Origin: Lama glama
Taxonomy: Eukaryota
Assembly (NCBI GenBank): GCA_028534125.1
Contig: CM052841.1
Span: forward strand, 68,014,001-68,078,000
Reading direction: 5' to 3'
Length of the DNA: 64,000 nucleotides
Shown here: positions 1 through 20,400 of the stretch, in pieces
Layout of the letters: each line of letters opens with the position of its first letter
Numbering within the stretch: the first letter of the stretch is position 1
Notes under the pieces: model-generated
Databases searched by the model: none
Told to the model about the DNA's origin: nothing
The model's input: the letters and a program-made list of their open reading frames with translations, nothing else
Translations under genes and position numbers: made by a program

Positions 1-845
1 CAACCAGGACCCCGAGTCATTGGATAGAATGCCACGAAAGCCTTTTGATGAGAACATTTACAAACTGCACATTTGATAAAGGACTTAAGCCCTCAATCTA
101 TAGAGAACTCTCGTGACACAATAAAAAAAAACAGACTAAAGATTTGAAAAGATTTGCAGGTGGCAAATATGCAGAGAGAGAGGCTCGCGGGTGTTGCGGC
201 GAAACGCAGACTGAAACTGTGCCGAGATGCCACTGCACACCAGCAGGACAGGGACTCCATTTCTAACCCGAGACTGTCCCTGCCAGGGTGGGGAGAACCC
301 CGCCGAATGGTCCGGCAGTTTCCCATGAAGGCAAACATTAACCACACGGCTGGACTGTCACACACCCAGCAACTTACCCAGGAGAAATGAAACACACACT
401 GACCCGCCTGTGGCTGGTCCCGGGACCTTCTTGACAATCCCTGAGAAACGGAAATGACCAAATGCCGTTCAGCAGGGGACGGATGAACCACTCACTGCTC
501 CCCGTGTGATGAGACCTTTGAAAGGCGGAAACACCGACTCACACGTCACAATTCGGATGACACCCCAAATGCGTTACACTGAGTGAGAGAAGCCAGTCTG
601 TAAGGCCTGCAGACTTGGTTCCTTTCCTTGGGTGTTCCAGAACAGGCAAACCCGCAGGGACGGAGAGCTGTCCCACATTGCCTGGGACGTGGCGGGAGGG
701 GCTGAGGACAAGGTGGCCCGTGGAGACTTCTGGGGTGATGGACTGTGCTGGTTACAGGACTGTCTGTGCTCATTTAAACTTGCGGATCCGCACATCAAAG
801 AGGGTGAACACTACTGTACGTAAACTATGCCCCAATTTTTTAAAA
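1..845 (+). mobile_element. Ancient L1 (L1M-type) 3' ORF2/3' UTR relic
   Basis: Degenerate resemblance to the L1M 3' end (acatttacaaactgcacatttgataaaggactt...; cactgagtgagagaagccagtct...; ttctggggtgatgga...; aaactatgccccaattttt). No ORF. Subfamily not assignable by eye. Confidence 0.75.
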
Positions 846-1892
846 GTGTATGTATAGCTACAATATATGTGTATACATACACTGTATAAACTCTTTCCCC
901 AAGTGCCACCTCTTGGGATGAGGGACAGGGAGGCCAAAAGGACCACCAAGTCCACAGGCGACACACCCAAGGCTCCCAGGGAAGAGTGGGGGCGGAGTGC
1001 GGTGCAGGACAGAGACTGGACCTCCAACCACAGGACTACTGGGCGAGAGCAAGCAAGGGCCAAGTGACGGGTCACCGCGGCCTGCAGATCCCCTGAGGAC
1101 CCTCCGAGGTGCGGGGCAGCACCTACCTTGCAGAGGACACACCCCACACCAGAATTTGCCCAGCCTTGGTCAGGGGACTCTCCACCAGAAATCTGGGGTG
1201 TCTGACCATCTCCTGGCCTCCCACTCCCCCCTCATCCCCCAAACCCACTCTCCACGCAGTGACCCACACAAACCTTGTACAGCATAAATCTTCCACACCC
1301 CGATTGAAATCCTCTTGTGTCATCGTGGCACCCAGCGCAAACCCGCACCAGACCACCACGTGCATCAGCCAGGCCTCCGGCCTGCACCTTCCGGCCCAGC
1401 AGCCCTCTGGTCCCTCCCAGCACCCCCACTGGAGCTGCCTGCTCCCTGGGCTCCGTCTCGCCTCGGCCTCCCCCAAGCAACGTCCCCCAAACCCCTGTCT
1501 TCTGTCTCCTGGCCACTTGAGCGTAATCCAAACGCTCTCCCGTGTCTGTTGTCTGCTCTGCCCACACGCACTGCACACTCTGTGACAGCAGGAGCTGGAC
1601 CAGCCTGTTGCTGGCCTATTGGCCTCTGTTCCCCTGGCCCAGAGTGGGGGCCTGGCGTTGGAGGGGCTCATTAATATCTGGGAATGAAGTCGCTTTGACC
1701 AGCAGGTCTACTAAACTGGGACCTTCCCAGCACATCACCACATTTGCTTCAAAGAAGAGGCTTCCCCCTTCCACAGGGGTTTGGGGAACGTCTTCCCATG
1801 AAAGAGAGAAGCAACAGTGACAAAAGGGCGTTCAGGCCTGGTCCAGACACCTCAGGAGGGAAAGCGGTCTGGCCAGATGTCCTCTGCTCCAG

Positions 1893-2119
1893 TTCCGGGA
1901 AACCTTAAGCTGATAAACAGCAGTCTGTAGATGGTTTACATGAGAAGCCAAATACTATTATTATCTAAGCATCAGCCAAAGGTGGGAAGTCACAGCCAGT
2001 CAGTCCCAATGCTCCCGCACTGAGACAGCACAGGGCCCTCGGTAGGTGTCTCAGCCGGTTTCTCCCAGTGACGTCAGCAGTAAACAGCTCCTTAAGCCAC
2101 TTGGTGGTGATACTTTGAA
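1893..2119. promoter_or_regulatory. Candidate enhancer (STAT, GATA, FOX, CRE and TCF motif cluster)
   Basis: TTCCGGGAA 1893-1901, TGATAA 1911-1916, ATAAACA 1913-1919, TTATCT 1961-1966, TGACGTCA 2069-2076, GTAAACA 2080-2086, CTTTGAA 2113-2119. Confidence 0.4.
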
Positions 2120-2707
2120 AGACACCCACTCCAACAAATAGCGCCCCTCTTTCACTTCGGGTTCAAGGGAACCAGTCGCACCACGCTGCAGCACCAACAG
2201 TGACTTCTGATCGCACTGCACCAGGTGAGGTTGCCCCGCACCTCCGGCCCACCCAGAGGAGCCCGGGGCCTCTTCTCCAGTGCTCTGGGAAGGAGCAGGT
2301 GCTGGGAACGGCTGTTCCATCACCCCGTGTCTCCACCTATTGCCCTGTGCCTCCCCCATCACCCCACATCTCCCCGTCAGCCCCTTGCTCCAGGAATGAA
2401 CGTCCCAGCCAGCACCCCCGTTGACGGGGGGCGTGCATTTTACTTTAGGAGCATCTGCGCCACTTTAATTTCTGTGTGGAACATATGTTATTTTCATTAA
2501 CAAGCAATAAGCAATTTTTCTTTCAGGAAAGCAATTTTAACTACCATCCTGACCTCCCCATTGGGCTCCAGATTCACACATCCCACTCTCCTGTCTCCAG
2601 ACATCTCAGATCCAACAGAGTCCAAAGCACCTCCTGGTGCCACCCGCCAGCGCCACCTGCACTCCGCGCCCACTGCTGTGCCCACCTGTGCTCAGGGCGA
2701 GCACCTG

Positions 2708-3358
2708 TGTTGCTGGTGGAGGCAACCGGTGTTCCAGGTTCTTGTTCCAGCCCAGAAAGAATTCAGAGACAAGACGTAGTGGTTAAAAAAGTAAAGTGAG
2801 AATTTATTAAAGGATGGACGGCACACTCTCAAGGGGAGAGCGGGCAGGCTCAGGTGAGCAGCTGCCTTGTGTTTCTCTGGCAAGTTGGTTACCCAGGGTG
2901 TAAAAATGAATGGGTGGAATATTCATTGGGGAGGGAAGGGCTTGGGGTCATATTCCCTGATTATCATCTCAACTCCACCTTCCCAAAGAGAGAAGTGATC
3001 TTTGTCCTTAGTCTGGATCAGAAGCGTCCTGGTGTCAGTGCTTGATGGGGACTTCTAATCTGCAAGGCTAACATTTTTGAAACGAGGGCATAATGAGCAA
3101 AAGGTTACATTTGCATACTGGAAACTGCTGCCTTTTCTCACCTTTCTTTTTCGGTCTCCAGGCCACTTATCACCCGAAAAGGTGTGACCACTTATCAGCC
3201 CAGAGGTTCCTGCTTTTCTTTCTCTGCCCAGGGACCCCGGTGCTTACATGATGTGTGGTTCCCTGCATTTGGCCTGTGCCCCTCCTTTCTGCCCATTCCT
3301 CCCATTTGGCCTACATCCCCCTTTCTCTATCACATCCAGCTCTCTGCCTGCTCTAACA
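2708..3358 (-). mobile_element. Solo LTR, ERV1-like, 651 bp
   Basis: TGTT...AACA termini; 4-bp TSD CCTG at 2704-2707 and 3359-3362; minus-strand AATAAA (TTTATT 2803-2808) about 95 bp from the left end sets the orientation. Confidence 0.85.
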
Positions 3359-3500
3359 CCTGGAGGCCAGCCTGGGGCCCCTTCCTTTCTCACCGGCACC
3401 TCTAACCCAATGCCAAGGCCTGTAAGTGCAGCCTCCACACACACCCCAACAGCACCCTGCACCCCAGCAGTATCTCTGCCTGATCCATGGCTGAAACACT

Positions 3501-3588
3501 ATTTTCCGTAACAGAGGCACGGGCGATTGAACCCAGGACCTTGTACACGTCGAGCACACACTCTACCACTGAGCTGTAGCCTACCCCC
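3501..3588 (-). mobile_element. tRNA-derived SINE (camelid Vic-1-like)
   Basis: Minus strand reads GGGGGTAGGCTACAGCTCAGTGGTAGAG...GGTCCTGGGTTCAATCG (Pol III A and B boxes); TSD GAAACACT at 3493-3500 and 3589-3596. Confidence 0.85.
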
Positions 3589-4352
3589 GAAACACTTTCT
3601 AAACCTCAGCAGATGCATTCCTGGAAGGCCGACCCCTACCAGGCAGGACAGCCAGAGGTCCGTGGGGCTGAGACTCCTGCGTGGATCCACCAGTGCCTTC
3701 CCACCGCAATCAGAGCAACTGGAGGGCCCACCAGGGTACAGGACACAGCAGGCTGTGGCTGGCGACCTGACCTTGTAGCCCGCCCCTTGCCTGCTGCCCT
3801 CAGATCCAGCCACCAGGGCCTCCTGAAGTTCATGCAAATAGGCCACTGAGTCCCACACAGCGGCTCACGTTTGAGGGTTCTCCCTGAGGGCCTCCCGAGG
3901 GGCGCGGGGGCGCGCGCGCGCACGCACACTGTGCCGGCCCCTCTGTATCCCCCTCCCCGTTCCGTTTCCCGATCTCCTCCCAGGTCTGTCTTCCTCTCTG
4001 CTTTACGAGGGCTAGGCCTCTGACTCCTCCGTGGGACCGCCAGCTCCTAGCGCAGAACTGGCACCAAGTGTGCACTTAGACTACTTTGGAATGAACTTGC
4101 TAAATCACCTGTGGCTGCACCACTATCCCGTGGTCGTTTCCCACAGACGTAATTCCTTAAGCAAAGCCCCTCCCCAACAAATACTAACACACTCATTATG
4201 CCCCTCAGAGCTCGGAAATGAGGCGGGTGACCCAGGCCGGGCCCGCGGGGAGGAGGGCGCGCCCGCAGCCTCGCCCGCCCGCGCCTGGCGCCCGCTTTCT
4301 CGCCGCCGCCTCCTCGCCTAACGCCACAGAGTCGGGGCGGGGAGCGCGCGCG

Positions 4353-4478
4353 GCCAGCCCCGCCCCTCTCCATCCGGCCCCGCCCCGCCCCCGGTCCTGC
4401 GCAGGCCCGCCCGCCCGCCAGGCCCCGCCCCCCATCCGGCCCCGCCCCGCCCCGCCCCCGGTCCTGCGCAGGCCCGCC
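4353..4478 (+). repeat. About 63-bp tandem duplication in the TMEM141 core promoter
   Basis: Two copies of CCATCCGG(CCCCG)nCCCCCGGTCCTGCGCAGGCCCGCC within 4353-4411 and 4417-4478. Confidence 0.85.
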
Positions 4479-4504
4479 TGAAGGCTCCGGGCGCCCCGCC
4501 AGCA

Positions 4505-5942
<1,438 letters not shown>

Positions 5943-6322
5943 GAGTGCTACATCCGGGGCACAGAAGACCTGGGGCTGGAGGGTTCTAGAACACAGCCCT
6001 CAGGGCGTCTGCACCCCAGGCGGGCCCTCCCTCCACCAAGTGTCCCCTGCACACGTGCATGGCCAGGTCTGTCAAAGCTGGGCCGGCTGCTTCTGCCCAG
6101 CCTGAGCAGCCCAGGAGGTCAGACCAGGAGGCACTGTCCAGCGAGAAACATGGCGGGCACAGAGCGGTAGAGGATCGGGCCTGGCTCATGCGGACTTGGC
6201 GGCAGCAGTTCTGGGGCATGTGTTCGAGGGGACTTCTGCACCCACTGCTGCCCACACTCCCTTTCTGGCCCCTGTGTGCCCCTCAGTCCAATGTGACAGC
6301 TGCTGCTGGGGTTTGTGGGGCT

Positions 6323-6328
6323 AATAAA
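6323..6328 (+). terminator. TMEM141: TMEM141 polyadenylation signal
   Basis: AATAAA about 380 nt after the stop codon. Confidence 0.8.
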
Positions 6329-6984
6329 TGCCTTGCCCTTTTCCCTGAGTTCTGAAGCATTTGGGAAATGAGTCAGAGCCTTAAGATAAGAGATAAAGGT
6401 CAGCTCAGTACCATATTGCTGATTGGAGGAGGTGCCAGGGCAGTTCCTCACTGGGAACCCCCAGAATTAGACACCCCTATGGGACCACTGAGGCCTCTCC
6501 ATAGGGGGGTCTGCGGCACAACTTGGCATGGAGGAGCAGATCAGACGCTGCGCAGCCAGTCAGTACCTGGCTCTTGGGGGACGAGGGACAGGAAGTGGCT
6601 GTGCCCACCTGCCTATCATTCTAAACACATCTCTCGGACTAAATCTCTTCTCTCCAGGGAAGGAGAAAGTGAGGGCTGGAGGGGGCCAGAGCCAGCTTAC
6701 TGGAGCTCTGTCCTCATGGAGAAAGGCTCCTGAGTGGGCAAGGCCGCCTAGCTCACCCACCCCCACCAGAGGAAAAGGCGGAGATGATATAAAACCTGGG
6801 CGAACCTTCGTCCTCTACAGTGGGCTTCCAGTAGCGCTGAAGGCACACAGCCCAGGGCCACACCGCTCCAGCCCCGGCTCGGCCCCTGCTCTTCTCAGCC
6901 TAGGCAGTCATCAAGTGAACGTTTCCTGGGCATCTGCTGTGCGCCAGGGAGTCTGTTCATGGGAAGACAAAATGACGTGATGCC

Positions 6985-7390
6985 CAAGATAACCGTGGCA
7001 TAAGCAAGCTAGAGCCTTAGTTTTCTTTCATGTAAAAGTCCAAGTGGGTGGTCTAGGGCTAACAGGGAGTCAGGGACCTGGGCTCCTCTTAGTCTGCCCC
7101 ATGCTGTAACGGCCTCCATTCCAAATCCACCTTGTGGTCCCAGGGCAGCTTTGCCGGCTCCAAACATTGCGTCTCCATCCCTGTCAATGGGAAGGAGGAG
7201 GGGAGTGGAGGAGAGCAGCTAACTCACCACTTCCACTTCTACGCTGCTGGCTAGACTCAGTCACGCGGTACTCCTAGTGCAAAGGCACCTAGAAGAGCAG
7301 CCTTGCTCTGGGCAGCCGTGCGCCCCACTAGAATTCAGGGGTTCTGTATCTGAGGAAAGGAGAACCAGTATTAGACAGCTCGGCCTCACG
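6985..7390. mobile_element. Old MaLR LTR (MLT1J/K-like)
   Basis: Degenerate MLT1 motifs (gtggcataagcaagctagag; cagggacctgggctcc; ggctagactcagtcacgcgg; gggcagccgtgcgcc). Boundaries approximate. Confidence 0.6.
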
Positions 7391-7582
7391 CCCTGGGAGA
7401 ACGGAGCTGGGGGCAGCGAGGGAGCAGACCATGCCCACAGCAGGCCCTCTGACCCCCTGGTAAGACCCAGGCTCCGAGGGAGGGGAGGGTGAACTTGGAA
7501 TTTCAGACGGGACTGGTGCTTTTTAAAGATGGACAGTGGCCAGAAAGGTAAAGGGCCAGAAAGGCACACGGGTGAAGATCAT

Positions 7583-7945
7583 GATTATGGATGAACTGGG
7601 TTCCCCCCTCCCATATTCAGTCTGCAGCCCTAACCCCCCCCCCCAGGTTCTCAGAATATGACTGTATTTAGGGACTGGGCCTTTGAAGGGGTGGCTGAGT
7701 TAGAATGACGGTGGCCCTGACCAGTCTGACTCGTGTGCTTACGAGAGATCAGGACAGACGTAGCAAGGAAAGACCCATGAGGACACAGGGAGCAGCAGCC
7801 ATCTACAAGCCCAGGGAGAGGCCCCTGGACAAACCAGCCTGCTGACCCTTGACTTCAGACTCCCAGCCTCCAGGGTTGAGCGAGCGCACAGCTCTGCTGT
7901 TTAAGCTGCCAGTCTGTGGTGCTTTGTTATGCGAGTTGGAAAGAG
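7583..7945 (+). mobile_element. MaLR LTR (MLT1A-like)
   Basis: Characteristic segments ctcagaatatgactgtattt, gccatctacaagcc, cttgacttcagactcccagcctccag, ctgctgtttaagctgccagtctgtggtgctttgttatg. Confidence 0.8.
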
Positions 7946-8615
7946 TAACCCATCCAGAGTGCACCCCCAGAATGCAAGCTGGCCAAGGCTTGGGCCACAG
8001 GGCTGTAAGGGAAGCCTGAGCTGGGGTTGCAGAGGGAGGGGACTGACCCCTCCCGGAGTAAGTGACATCTAAAGCTAGACCCAGGAATTCCCCAGGGAAG
8101 TGGAGATGGAGCAGGTATGGTCAGGAGGAGATGGGGGAGTGAGGGCTGAGGCTGGGGGGGGGGGTCTCGTGACCCCTAGGTCACCAGGGTGTGGAGTTTG
8201 AAGCTAGGCTGTGGTAGGGCGATGGAGACCCCACAGGCAGTGAGAGGTCAGAGGTCTTAGGCAGCCCAGTGGAGGACAGCCTGGGAGTATGGAGGAGGGG
8301 AGGGTGCAGGGGGGCTGGTGTGGGGTGCAGTGTCAAACCACCACAAATCACCTTCCTTGACCAAGGCAGTGCTCCTGAGCAGAGAGCAGCCACAAGGCTC
8401 AAGCGTCCAGGGGATGACCCCAAGGCTGGCTGGGGCCAGAGGGTGGGGTTGTCAGCATGGGCTGGGAATTCTTGGGTTCCCTGGGCATGCGGAACCTTGG
8501 CCCCCATCACAATGGGCCGAGATTCCGGGGACAATCTGAACTGCGGTTCTGCTGAGCAGGCCCAGCATAGAGGGTGGGAGGTGCAGAGGGCTCCTGGAGG
8601 ACCCCGAGGGCCACC

Positions 8616-16206
<7,591 letters not shown>

Positions 16207-16249
16207 CAGGAAGAGGAGGAACCCGCCCCCAGCTGGCATTGGTTACGCA

Positions 16250-16255
16250 AATAAA
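16250..16255 (+). terminator. CCDC183: CCDC183 polyadenylation signal
   Basis: AATAAA 43 nt after the stop codon. Confidence 0.85.
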
Positions 16256-16299
16256 CATTTTTTCAGGACTGCGGGGCACCTAGGGGAACGCAGATGTGG

Positions 16300-17400
16300 G
16301 GGATCACGTCGGGAACTCGTGGGTTGTTCGATGTGGATGGGCCCGGGGGTTGAGCGGTGAGGGTGAGGAGGGTCTGGGGAGGGATGCGGATGGGCTCTGG
16401 GCTGAGCTGAAACCCGGGAGGCTGCTCGGAAGGCGGGACAGCAGAGTCCGCGGCCCCGCGCCCGCACCGCGCCGCGTACCTTGGCGAGCGCCGCCCTCCC
16501 GTGGCCCTCGCGGCGCCCCGTAGCCACACGCCCCGAGCCGGCTTCCGACCACGCTGTCCTGCGCATGCGCACCTCCCGGCGCGCGCCGCACCGCTGTGGT
16601 CCTCGCGGCGCCCCGTAGGTGCGCGCCCTCCGAGTCGGCGCCAAGATGGCGGCGCTGACGGGCGGAGAGCGTCCGTGCCGGGAGCCGCGGGGGTCGGAGC
16701 GGAGCCGCCGCGGCTGAGCCCCCGAGCCGCCCCCAGGCAGGCTCCCGGTCGCCGGACCCGGGACATGGTGCGATCCGCGCCGTGCCGCCGCCGCCGCCGC
16801 TGCCGCTGAGCTCGCGGGCCGCGCCGGGCTCGGACGTGGGAGCGGGAAGATGTTTTCCGCGCTTAAGAAGCTTGTGGGGTCGGAGCAGGCTCCGGGCCGC
16901 GACAAGAACATCCCCGCAGGGCTGCAGTCCATGAACCAGGCGCTGCAGAGGCGCTTCGCCAAGGGGGTGCAGTACAACAGTGAGTGGCACGGGACAGTGG
17001 GGCGGGGGCGCGTGGAAAGTGGGGCGGGGGCGGGAGGGCGCCGTCCCACGGGGTCCGCGGGCCCGGGCCGCGTCGCCTGGGACTGGCGGAAACCGGGTCG
17101 CGCCCAGCCCGGGAAGCGCTGGGGGCCTCGTCGCGCCCCGAGGGCCTCGCCGTCTGTGTTCAGATGTGCTGAGCGCCTACCTGTGCCGGGCAGGTTGCGG
17201 GCGCCCCAGGGGCGTTCATCTGGGGTCGGGAGGTGATGCTGGCCGGAGACGAGGTCCTAGAGGACCCCAGGGCCGGAGGGTGGGCGCCTCGGCCCGCAGC
17301 GCTCCCCTCTGACCTGTGGGTCATCCCGGAGGAATGCTGGCACGATAGGAGATTCGTGCGATCACTCTGCACAGTCAGATTTCGTCCAGGAGGTTTGTGT
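16300..17400 (+). promoter_or_regulatory. RABL6: RABL6 CpG-island promoter
   Basis: Perfect NRF1 palindrome TGCGCATGCGCA 16560-16571; YY1 CAAGATGGCGGC 16642-16653; ETS CTTCCG near 16542; CpG-dense. Confidence 0.9.
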
Positions 17401-20400
17401 TGCGTCTGCGGTACCCCGATTGGCCTCGGTGACCTCGTCTAAGAGGGATTCTTACATAATGTGGGGAGAGCTGTGTGGTCTGTGACACCTCTTGAGTGGG
17501 TGATGGGGCTCTCCGTCCGTGAACTGGGTGGTCACGCGCAGGAGCGGAGGACTCCGCCGACTCCAGTGGTTTGAGGTGTGGGATTTTTCTCTGTGGACTT
17601 CATGTTCAGTTTGGAGAGGGAATGTCGGCGACGCCACACGTTCTTGTCCCCTCCCCCCCCTTAAAGAAGCATTTGTAGGGTATATATTTAGGAAAGCTCC
17701 AGAAGGCACGGGGATCGTTACTTGTTGTAGAGACTTTTCTTATGCTTGAGGGAGGAGTCGTTACCAGATGCCCAGAGAGCCCCGGGGAAGTTTCCAGTCC
17801 CCTGTTACAAATTATGTAAATTGTGTAGCTCCTAGACGCTGACTGTCCTCTTGACCTCTTTGAAGTTTTTGCATCTTGCTGGCTCTTTGCTAGCAGTATA
17901 TAAAGATTTTATGTTGTTCTTGGCTTTTAAATTATTTGTCTCTTAAGTATTTCCATACATTGCTACAAGATATTGGACATTCCTCCACTCTTTGCCACTT
18001 CAGTGGTGGGAGGCTTCCAGTCTCTGTGATGTTGTATTTCGGTAACAGTGTAGCATATTAAGAAACTGACTGGAAAGACTTTGGGTTTAAAAGAAAGATT
18101 GTTTTACATGTATTCTACCCAATTTTGTATGTATTTGTCTCAGATTCAAAGAAGGGAATAATAACTCAAAATACTCATTTACACAAATCTTTAGAATCTA
18201 CATATGATTCTTTTATTTAGTTTTATTACTTATGGTATTATTTTAAAATTTCAATTCTAGTCCTTTGGAAATTAGATCTGGAAAATGTTCACCTTCTGAA
18301 AAACACTCCCTGGTGAGCACACTCACTAGTCCTAAGTTGGGGGAGTAAAAAGTAGAGACGTCATGGGAGTCATTCTGGAGAAGAAATCCGCCTCAGGCAG
18401 CTGAGGGGAAGGTTCTGATCTCGGGAAACAAAGTGAGTGAAAGGTGGTGCAGTTGAGCGGACCTGAGAGCTGGACCTGCATTCCATTTTAGGGCGATGTT
18501 GGCCCTGTACTTGGCTAATACGCAACTCTGAAACTTTTTTATTTCTTCTATTAGTCAGTAAAATAAAACTTTTCTAGTATTTGATTTCCAAGGTATCTTC
18601 CTTAGGGGACCACAGTAGCAGTATGACCATTGTAGATTCAGGATTTTTACAGGTACAAGTTGATGATTACCAGGTGTGTTATTTGTCCCTGAGCAGATGA
18701 GTCGTTCTCTCTTCTGCTGCTGTGATGAGAAGTGATGCCTGTGACACAGAGAGTCCCAGTGTTCACTTCAAATTGATAATCAAAACCTGCATGGAACGTT
18801 GGACCACATTCTTGATGTGGAAGTCCTCCGCACGTGGAGCGCAAGAATGCTGTCTGAGCTGGTCAGCTCCTGCTCCTGCTGTTTGACCCACTTGTGTTTG
18901 GTGCAGAGACGGAGCACCGGTCAGTCTTGTGGATTTTGTCCAGACTGCCCTTGCTCACGACTGCATCCTTATCAAGAAAGCCTCCAGGCATTGGGACAGC
19001 TGAGTCCTGGCTGGTCAGATTTCAGTGCTAGAACTTAAAATGGGGTTAGACACTTCCTTACCGAGAAACCTTTGAAAGGTTGGTTTCAGGGTAAGAGAGC
19101 TTTTTCTTTGGGAATAAACAGTTTGGCAGATTACTTGACCTGCCCAGCAAGGCCCATTTGCAAATTCCCGAGCCTTTGCTGGGCATGATCTGCCACATTT
19201 TCCTTTGTAGGTTTTCCTTCCCTAGTGTTCATTTACTTAGCAAATATTTATTGAGTGACCATCAGTGATGAGTGTTCATCCATGAGAAAGCAGGCAGTCT
19301 CCGCCTTGTGGAGCTTGCATTCCGGGAAGGCGGACAGGAGGCACTAAACACGACGTGTATGGAACCAGATAACCTGTCTGAGGGCCGAGAAGTAGAGCCG
19401 GGTCAGGGTTGGGGTTGGGCTGGGGCTCACCTTGCCCTCCTGGGGACTTTGTGAACCAGAACCTTAGAGGGCCCTGAGCAACTGCCATGTTGCTGGGGGG
19501 TGGGGTGGGGGGGGTGGGGGGAGATGCACAGGAGTGGGCCCTCTGGGAGTCGAGCGACCCCTACTGGTGGCCCGGTGAAAGGGCGCCTTTGGGATTTATA
19601 TCGTGTCTCCTACAGCGTGATTGCATCATTCGTATCCAAGATAAAACAAATGCGGGGGGGGGGGTGGTATGAAAATATTTTTTAAAGATTCGCTATTTTA
19701 TTGGAAACGTGTGGGAATGTGAGTGAATTACTATCGAGTCAGGGGGCAGGAAAGATGGTGAGGTTCTGTAGTAGATCCTGGTGTCTTCTGCACTGTGGCT
19801 TCACTTTGAAAGAAAAGACATAGGATAGAGGCAGAGAGTTAATCTGTTCAGTAAAACAGCTAGTTTGCCGCTTGTTTCTTAAGTAAAGGTCTTCTTATCA
19901 CTTCCTAGGTGAATCTGGTTTTCCACTGCATCACTTAGTTAATTTGAGCCAGTGTCTAAGGTTCTGAGACTGATTTGACTTTTTAACTTGAAAGTAGAGT
20001 CTGATTACTTTTTTAATGGGTGAAATCAGATTATTTTATTTATTTCTGACATTATAGCATTTCTTCTGATTAACTTTATTGAGTTATAGTCAGTTTACAA
20101 TGTTGTGTCAACTTTTGGTGTACAGCACAATGCTCAGTCATACATGAATATACATATATTCATTTTCATATTCTTTTTCACCCTAACTGATTGTCTTTTT
20201 CGAAGAATAAATTTCAAATTCTCAAAAGAGAATGAGAAGCAAATATATGTTAAAACTGGTCAAGATACAAAAGAAGGAAACTGTTCTCAGATCACATCAA
20301 GACTCTGAACAGACACGTTGTGTTTGGAAAAGAGCCAAAGGGAGCCTCCGAAAATGGGAAAGCTGGGTCACTAAAGCAAACAGCTATCGGGCAGGCGAAG

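Noticed and set aside
3501-3588. Possible tRNA gene
   Set aside because: Mismatched stems, a degenerate B box and a flanking TSD indicate a SINE.
18660-18860. Possible C/D snoRNA (TGATGA and CTGA motifs) in RABL6 intron 1
   Set aside because: No convincing terminal stem, internal boxes or rRNA-complementary guide; motif spacing is poor.
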